NCBI GenBank assembly: GCA_048939995.1
Contig: JBHLOY010000006.1
Location: forward strand, 128,001-192,000
DNA: 64,000 nt
Source of the DNA: Promethearchaeota archaeon
GTDB taxonomy: Archaea > Asgardarchaeota > Lokiarchaeia > Sigyniarchaeales > SOKP01
Direction: 5' to 3'
Part shown: positions 58,408 through 64,000 of the stretch, piece after piece
Layout: every line of letters begins with the position of its first letter
Position numbering within the stretch: the first letter of the stretch is position 1
Position numbers and translations under genes: made by a program
Notes under the pieces: generated by a model
Database searches by the model: none
Seen by the model: only the letters and a program-made list of their open reading frames with translations
Told to the model about the DNA's origin: nothing

Positions 58408-59073
58408 TTACCTTCTCTTATAGTTTAAAATAATATAATTCTCCCTTTGCTTAACATTAATGAGTTTAAACCTAGGTGCTTCAATCATTTTGTTGAAACC
58501 TTCGCCCTCAGCTAAAGATATGGAATCTTTTCCCCCTATTATCCATGGTGCAACAAATATTCTTAGCTCATCTACTAAATCTTCTTTAAGGAAGCTCCAA
58601 TTTAGATTTCCTCCTCCTTCCAAAAGAATAGTTCTTATACCTAATTCATGTAATTTTTCCATTAGTATCTTAAGATCGACCCGTTCCTTATTTCCACTTT
58701 TGATAATATTGACATTTCTAGCTTTAAAGCGGTTAACTCTGTTCTCAGAAACGTTTTCTGTAGTACATATTATTGTAGGATAAATTTCTGGCTCGAAATT
58801 AATTATTTGTGAATCAATAGGTATAGACAAATTGCTATCAATTACAATACGATAATAACCTTTATGTTGATAGAATTTAATATGAAGTTTAGGGTTATCC
58901 TTAAATATTGTGTTTTTGCCAACCATGATAGCATCTACTTGAGTCCTAATTTTATGAATTTCTTTCCAATCCTCCTCATCTGATAATTCAGAATCCCCTA
59001 TTTTTGATGAAATCTTCCCATCAATCGTCATGGCGGCACTTAAAATAATATACGGTCTTTTAACTTTTTTCAT
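58408..59073 (-). CDS. 2,5-diamino-6-(ribosylamino)-4(3H)-pyrimidinone 5'-phosphate reductase (Rib7/ArfC)
   Basis: PYIILSAAMTIDGKI, DAIMVG, DNPKL and LLEGGG; start taken at ATG 59073. Confidence 0.88.
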   Translation of the reverse strand: MKKVKRPYIILSAAMTIDGKISSKIGDSELSDEEDWKEIHKIRTQVDAIMVGKNTIFKDNPKLHIKFYQHKGYYRIVIDSNLSIPIDSQIINFEPEIYPTIICTTENVSENRVNRFKARNVNIIKSGNKERVDLKILMEKLHELGIRTILLEGGGNLNWSFLKEDLVDELRIFVAPWIIGGKDSISLAEGEGFNKMIEAPRFKLINVKQRENYIILNYKRR

Positions 59074-60223
59074 GAACAAGTTTACCTCTAATATACGTCT
59101 TTTTGATGTTGGATGCGTTTGTTCTTCCAAGAATCAAAGCATAAAAGCTCTCAATATCTAAACTCGATGTATAATAATTTGGATTATTTAAATCAATCAT
59201 GAAAAAATCTGCATGCTTTCCCTCATCAATAGATCCTACATAACTTTGGATATTAAACATTTTAGCTGGATTAATTGTAATCATCTTCAACAAATCTTTC
59301 GCTGTAATATATGTGTTATTGTTAAAAATTCTTAAAATACGATATAAATATCGCAATTCTTCAAATAAATCTAGATTATTTGCCATTATATTATCTGTTC
59401 CAATTGCTATAGGTATTCTTAAATCCACTATTTTGTTAATTGGAGGAAATCCTACTCCAAAATATCCATTACAACATGGACATAGTACTAAGGATTTTCC
59501 TCTTTCCTTTATTAATTTTAAATCATTTTCATTAAAATGAGTACCATGAATAAAAATATCAACAACATTGTCATCAAAAATTTGACTTATTAAATCAGGA
59601 TTTCTTTTCAATTCAGCTACATGACACGCAATTATCTTTCCAAATCTTTTTTTATAGTCAATTAATTTTTCTTTAGCTTCCAGAGATATATTGTTATAAC
59701 TTGGTAAACCGATTCCTCCTGCAGCCTCAAATATTAATTTAATTTCTTTCTCTTCAACATATCTTCCCAAGGAAATATATTTAATATCAGAATAGTTTTT
59801 TAGAGTTTCAGATAAAATATTAAGACCTTGAAGTCCACCTTCTCTAAAGTCAATAAAAAATGTAATACCGTTTGAAAGCATTTCATCCACAGCTTTCTTT
59901 ATTCCCTTTGCGACTAATTCTCGTGGAACTTGGTTTAATAGTAAATGCTTAATCCCTTTAGGAGGAGCAACTACTTCTTTTAAAGGTTTATTAAACCCTT
60001 GTTCTTTAGCAAAACTATCTCCTATATGAACATGAGAGTTAATTAATCCAGGTATTATCAACAACTTTGACTTATTCTCTAGAAATTCAAATATATCTCC
60101 GATGTCATTATATGAAATGGCTCTAAAGTTACCATCCTCATCAAATTTAATTTTAATATCTTTTTTAAGTTCCAGATTATCACCAATTAAACCATAATCA
60201 CTAAAAATATCTATATTACTCAT
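59060..60223 (-). CDS. Amidohydrolase family metalloenzyme
   Basis: PGLINSHVHIGD, FIDFREGG, HVAE, IHGTH and IGTDN. Confidence 0.85.
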   Translation of the reverse strand: MSNIDIFSDYGLIGDNLELKKDIKIKFDEDGNFRAISYNDIGDIFEFLENKSKLLIIPGLINSHVHIGDSFAKEQGFNKPLKEVVAPPKGIKHLLLNQVPRELVAKGIKKAVDEMLSNGITFFIDFREGGLQGLNILSETLKNYSDIKYISLGRYVEEKEIKLIFEAAGGIGLPSYNNISLEAKEKLIDYKKRFGKIIACHVAELKRNPDLISQIFDDNVVDIFIHGTHFNENDLKLIKERGKSLVLCPCCNGYFGVGFPPINKIVDLRIPIAIGTDNIMANNLDLFEELRYLYRILRIFNNNTYITAKDLLKMITINPAKMFNIQSYVGSIDEGKHADFFMIDLNNPNYYTSSLDIESFYALILGRTNASNIKKTYIRGKLVHEKS

Positions 60224-60311
60224 GAAATAGTTTTACCTTATATCAAAAAATAATTTAATTGAATATTAATTATTAGAATTGGTAGACGCAAATAAATTTC
60301 GGTGATTTTTA

Positions 60312-61271
60312 ATCAATCAATTTAAAAAGGACTTACAAGACTCAATTTCTACAGTAAACATTCCTATTGATAAAGTTGGAATTGTTGGAGTAGAAAAGAA
60401 AGTTGATATTATTCAAGAAAATAAACGATTCTCATTTTATCCCAAAATCTCAGCATTAATTTCATTACCAAGTCATAAAAGAGGTATTCATATGTCTCGT
60501 ACCTCTGAAACTATTGAAGAAATCATAAATGAGGTAATTTTTAAACCAACTCCTTCTGTTGAAGTTGTAGGAGATAGAATTGCTCGAGAACTATTAGAGA
60601 AGCACCCTTATACAGAGAAAGTTGAAGTAAAATTAGAAGGAAAAATAATTGTCCAAGTAAAGGATAATGAACAAAGAACCATCCAAAAAGCTTATAATAT
60701 CGTTTCTTTTGTTAAAGCTAGGAAGAATGATAAAGAGGAAATAGACTTTAGCTATTATATTGGGGCTAATGCTGTTGGAATGACGGTTTGTCCATGTGCC
60801 AAGGAAATGAGTCAAGAATACGCTGAAGAAATTATAAAAAATAGAAATGATATTAATCTTCCTACAGAAGTTATTCAAAAACTTCTTAATATTTTGCCAT
60901 TTAGCTCCCATAATCAAAGATCAACTGGAACTATCATAGTACAAATAAAAGATCTAAATAATCATAGAATTGATGTATTAGATATTATTGATATCATTGA
61001 AGATTCAATGAGTGGAAAGATGCAATCTGTTTTGAAAAGACCAGAAGAGGCTAAACTTGTCAGAAGCGCTCATTTGAAACCATTATTCGCAGAAGATGTA
61101 GTAAGAGAAATGGCAAAAAATTTCATATTAAGAGATTTTCCTAATCTAGATGATAATTTTAAAGTAATATTTAAAATTGAAAGCTATGAATCAATTCATC
61201 CCCATAATGTTTATGCGGAATTAAAAACTACTATAGGAGAATTAAAAAAACAAGTAGATATTCAAGATTAA
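60312..61271 (+). CDS. mptA: GTP cyclohydrolase MptA (FolE2-like); probable non-canonical ATC start
   Basis: DLQD, IDKVGI and RGIHMSR lie upstream of or span the listed ATG 60492; GMTVCPCA, SHNQRS, FAEDVVR and ESIHPHN follow. Confidence 0.88.
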   Translation: MNQFKKDLQDSISTVNIPIDKVGIVGVEKKVDIIQENKRFSFYPKISALISLPSHKRGIHMSRTSETIEEIINEVIFKPTPSVEVVGDRIARELLEKHPYTEKVEVKLEGKIIVQVKDNEQRTIQKAYNIVSFVKARKNDKEEIDFSYYIGANAVGMTVCPCAKEMSQEYAEEIIKNRNDINLPTEVIQKLLNILPFSSHNQRSTGTIIVQIKDLNNHRIDVLDIIDIIEDSMSGKMQSVLKRPEEAKLVRSAHLKPLFAEDVVREMAKNFILRDFPNLDDNFKVIFKIESYESIHPHNVYAELKTTIGELKKQVDIQD

Positions 61272-61321
61272 CTCTTTTTTAGTATTTAGGTAGCAATTCC
61301 CTTTTGATTTAAACTTTATAA

Positions 61322-62452
61322 TTAATTTTTTTTCCTTAGAAAGTGTGAATAGATAATTAAATAATTCTTTACGCTAATTATTCTAGGATTTCTTCTATAG
61401 GTAGATGATATAGGAGCACTACACCTTGAACAGAGATTGGATGTTTGCATCCAATCTTTAAATTCATCCGCATGTGCGGGATATCTGCAGTTTGGGCATA
61501 TTACTATCCCTCTCCCTCTATCATCCGGAAGTTTTGGTAATTTAAAACAAAAAATACATTTAAAATCTTCTACTGAGAGATATGATGCTTTTGGCTTATA
61601 TCTCGATAAATCACGAGCTTTAACTCTTTTAGTTTGAGTACTCGTTTTTGTCTTAGTTCTAGTTGTTTTTCTAACGGTTGTTGGTGTTCTTCTTATAGTT
61701 GTACGTGTAGTAGTTCTAGTTAAGGGATTAGGTCTGGATGATGTATTTCGCCTTCTAGATGAATTTAAAGTGGATGGAGAAGTTAATGAATTCAGTTGTC
61801 TCGTACGTTGTGTGATATATTCACGAGTTAATGTTGGTAAGGATTGTTTCGAACCAACAAATCCAAAAATAATAAGTATTAATAAGGTTGTAATAAGTAG
61901 TATCAAAAGATTAAGGTTTAAAGAAAAATGAAGCGGGATTAGGAGAGAATTATAAAAAACATTAACCGAATAAAAACCTATCCAATATATTATAATAAAA
62001 AGAAGAACTATGAAAGCTAAGATATAACCTAATCTTCTCGCATTTATTGATTTTGTACCAAAATATATTACATTAAATTTCTTAAAACAACGATAGAGTG
62101 AATAAGAACCGTACAATACATATGGAAATCCAAAAATAATACTCCACCAACTAAAATATAAACTTGAACCCTCAATTAAGTTTTCACCTAACACGCCAGT
62201 AAAGTAGCCCCAGATAGAATAAAAAATCCCAATAAATAATGGAATAATTACAAAAAATGCAGTATTGTGGGGAGAATTAAATTCTCTATGACGTTTTACA
62301 TTTTCTAAAATCTTAAACGTAATAATGATCCATAAACCAATCAGTGGCCAACTAAAAAAAATATTTAAAGAGAAGGTGATAAGGAAACCATGGATTATCC
62401 CGATTATTAAAAATATAATAACTACAATTAATAAAAACTTATTTTTAACCAC
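61322..62452 (-). CDS. Six-TM membrane protein with C-terminal RING-like domain (candidate E3 ligase)
   Basis: Six hydrophobic segments, a T/R/S-rich linker, then CIFC...CPNC...H...W...CSRC; adjacent to JAMM and E2 genes. Confidence 0.75.
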   Translation of the reverse strand: MVKNKFLLIVVIIFLIIGIIHGFLITFSLNIFFSWPLIGLWIIITFKILENVKRHREFNSPHNTAFFVIIPLFIGIFYSIWGYFTGVLGENLIEGSSLYFSWWSIIFGFPYVLYGSYSLYRCFKKFNVIYFGTKSINARRLGYILAFIVLLFIIIYWIGFYSVNVFYNSLLIPLHFSLNLNLLILLITTLLILIIFGFVGSKQSLPTLTREYITQRTRQLNSLTSPSTLNSSRRRNTSSRPNPLTRTTTRTTIRRTPTTVRKTTRTKTKTSTQTKRVKARDLSRYKPKASYLSVEDFKCIFCFKLPKLPDDRGRGIVICPNCRYPAHADEFKDWMQTSNLCSRCSAPISSTYRRNPRIISVKNYLIIYSHFLRKKN

Positions 62453-62484
62453 AGTTTAACAATCACCAATTATAAAATAAATCA

Positions 62485-63315
62485 TTATTCATCATATTCT
62501 AAATAAACCGGGTTCCCTTGAATTATTGGATTCATAAACTCCAAAATTTCAGGGAGCATCCTAATATCCAATGAGCCTTTAATACCATACACTAATGGAT
62601 ACCACGTTTTTGTTTTCAAATCAGCATGGTAAATCTCAAAACCAGCTGATGTTCCATCAATAAGGTATGGGTCAATAACCAGTGCTACAGCTTTATCCCA
62701 AAGGGTTTGATATCTCGATTGAGTACCAATATCCTCATTACTCATAAAACAACCATAAGATGGATGACTGTGTGCCCATCCACAAATAAATAACTTCTCT
62801 TTTTTAATATCTCGAAATGCTCTTGCATAATTCTTATAATCTTTTATTTCAGCATACACAGCTGTTCCATGCCCCATCGGATAATAATCTTCAATATGTA
62901 AAATGCTTTTTTGATTGTCTAATTTACCTGCAAGTAATCCTATTACTTCTACCCAATTCTTTCTTGGAATTTTTGAATTGGCATATTTAAGTGCATGGCT
63001 TGCCACCTTTAATATTGCTTTAACTGAAATGTATACTTCTGCTTCGAGGTCATTCACAGGAATAACTTTTGGTGCTTCTTTCGTTATTACTTCGATAGGT
63101 GTTTCAGTAGTTGAATGTTTTATAGATTGTTTCCCAAGTGTACTTTTAGACATCATATTACTAATTTCATTTACTAATTCTTTTTCTTCTAATTTCAATT
63201 CTTCATAGATTTCATTAAGTAACTCTTTTTTAATTATTTCCTTAATTTTACCCTTTATTTCTTCTTTGATAGATTCTCTGTTCAAGTTTTTTTCACTCAT
63301 TTTACTGTTCACCAT
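62485..63315 (-). CDS. JAMM/MPN+ isopeptidase (Rpn11/CSN5-like)
   Basis: EVIGLLAG, GWAHSHPSYGCFMSNED (HxH-x7-S-x2-D) and ALVIDP. Confidence 0.9.
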   Translation of the reverse strand: MVNSKMSEKNLNRESIKEEIKGKIKEIIKKELLNEIYEELKLEEKELVNEISNMMSKSTLGKQSIKHSTTETPIEVITKEAPKVIPVNDLEAEVYISVKAILKVASHALKYANSKIPRKNWVEVIGLLAGKLDNQKSILHIEDYYPMGHGTAVYAEIKDYKNYARAFRDIKKEKLFICGWAHSHPSYGCFMSNEDIGTQSRYQTLWDKAVALVIDPYLIDGTSAGFEIYHADLKTKTWYPLVYGIKGSLDIRMLPEILEFMNPIIQGNPVYLEYDE

Positions 63316-63836
63316 TTCCTATTAGCATACTTTTTCACTAAATTTGTAACTTTTTTCTCAAAAAATTTTGGATCTTTCATCATTTCGATAGCTGCTTTTT
63401 TATTAAAAACGTCTGTTGGATTTACAAATTTGCCTCGTGTATTTAACATAGCAATTATTGCCTGAACGACCGTAACAGCTGTTTTCGAAGGACTCCATCC
63501 ACCTTTTTGACCAATTAGCGAGGGATCTACCAACGCTAAGCAAATATTCCTCTGACCTTTATATTCATTTGGTTTTGGCCAAAAATTTGGGTGCCAAATA
63601 GGAGTATGCATTCTTACGAAAGGTGGTTGTTTTGGATATTGAGCAGGGAATTTCATTTCTAATTTAAAAAGGCCACCTGAATAGGCAGTACCTTTAGGAC
63701 CTTTAATTGTTATTGCTAAGTGATCAATACTTTTTTTTTTAGGATTAAATGGAACTAACTGCACAAGATTCCCCTCTTTAAGCATCTTTTTTAATCCTGC
63801 AAAATCTCGGGAAATACGACTACTTCTTATACTCAT
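63309..63836 (-). CDS. Ubiquitin-conjugating enzyme E2
   Basis: IKGPKGTAYSGGLF, FPAQYPKQPP, IWHPN, catalytic NICL and WSPS. Confidence 0.93.
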   Translation of the reverse strand: MSIRSSRISRDFAGLKKMLKEGNLVQLVPFNPKKKSIDHLAITIKGPKGTAYSGGLFKLEMKFPAQYPKQPPFVRMHTPIWHPNFWPKPNEYKGQRNICLALVDPSLIGQKGGWSPSKTAVTVVQAIIAMLNTRGKFVNPTDVFNKKAAIEMMKDPKFFEKKVTNLVKKYANRKW

Positions 63837-63938
63837 ATTCTCAATCCTTTTAGTTTCTTTAATTTCATATTAATAATTTTCTCTTTTATAAGTATCTATT
63901 TCTATAAATGTTATAAAAAATACAATTTAATTATGAAC

Positions 63939-64000
63939 TTATTTTAATTTTAGAGTAACATAAATTTCTCCGCCCTTAAATCCTGCAACAGTAATAAATT
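63939..64000 (-). CDS. 3' end of a gene running off the window (...FITVAGFKGGEIYVTLKLK*), possibly E1 or a ubiquitin-like precursor
   Basis: Open frame ending in TAA at 63939-63941, on the same strand and upstream of E2; only about 20 codons are visible. Confidence 0.45.
   Translation of the reverse strand, partial: FITVAGFKGGEIYVTLKLK

Noticed and set aside
63540-63600. E2 loop insertion as a hidden in-frame intron
   Set aside because: The region forms at most a simple hairpin; I could not build a 4-bp helix flanked by two 3-nt bulges.
1-64000. tRNA, rRNA, transposase or integrase genes
   Set aside because: None recognised; intergenic gaps are short and AT-rich, with no GC-rich structured RNA candidates.

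Overview
AT-rich archaeal chromosomal window, most likely from an Asgard archaeon (Lokiarchaeia-like). This is inferred from the archaeal r-proteins, ether-lipid, methanopterin and F420 genes, together with an E2/JAMM/RING ubiquitin cluster. Content is mostly housekeeping: rpl1-rpl11, gapN, adk, shikimate pathway, tmk, rps2, glnA, ilvD, a GGR-GGGPS-DGGGPS lipid operon, larE, mptG/mptD/mptA, cofGH and rib7. There are also two large surface proteins, two orphan DNA methyltransferases, a PadR-HAAS module and a receiver-domain pseudogene. The main discovery is that two conserved protein-coding genes that look broken in the ORF track are each interrupted by a tiny stop-containing insertion that folds into an archaeal bulge-helix-bulge (BHB) splice motif: rpl11 (37 nt, 1198-1234) and a PurM/AIR-synthase-like gene (30 nt, 47418-47447). 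Cutting both at the canonical endonuclease positions restores the reading frame and the expected motif (TGGSASGGPP; GFHVTRAALRD). This points to tRNA-type mRNA splicing in an Asgard archaeon. Secondary observations include a probable ATC start codon for mptA, a receptor-like caspase with a CUB-like domain inserted between its catalytic residues, and a six-TM RING protein beside E2 and JAMM genes. All family assignments were made by eye from motifs; no searches were run.
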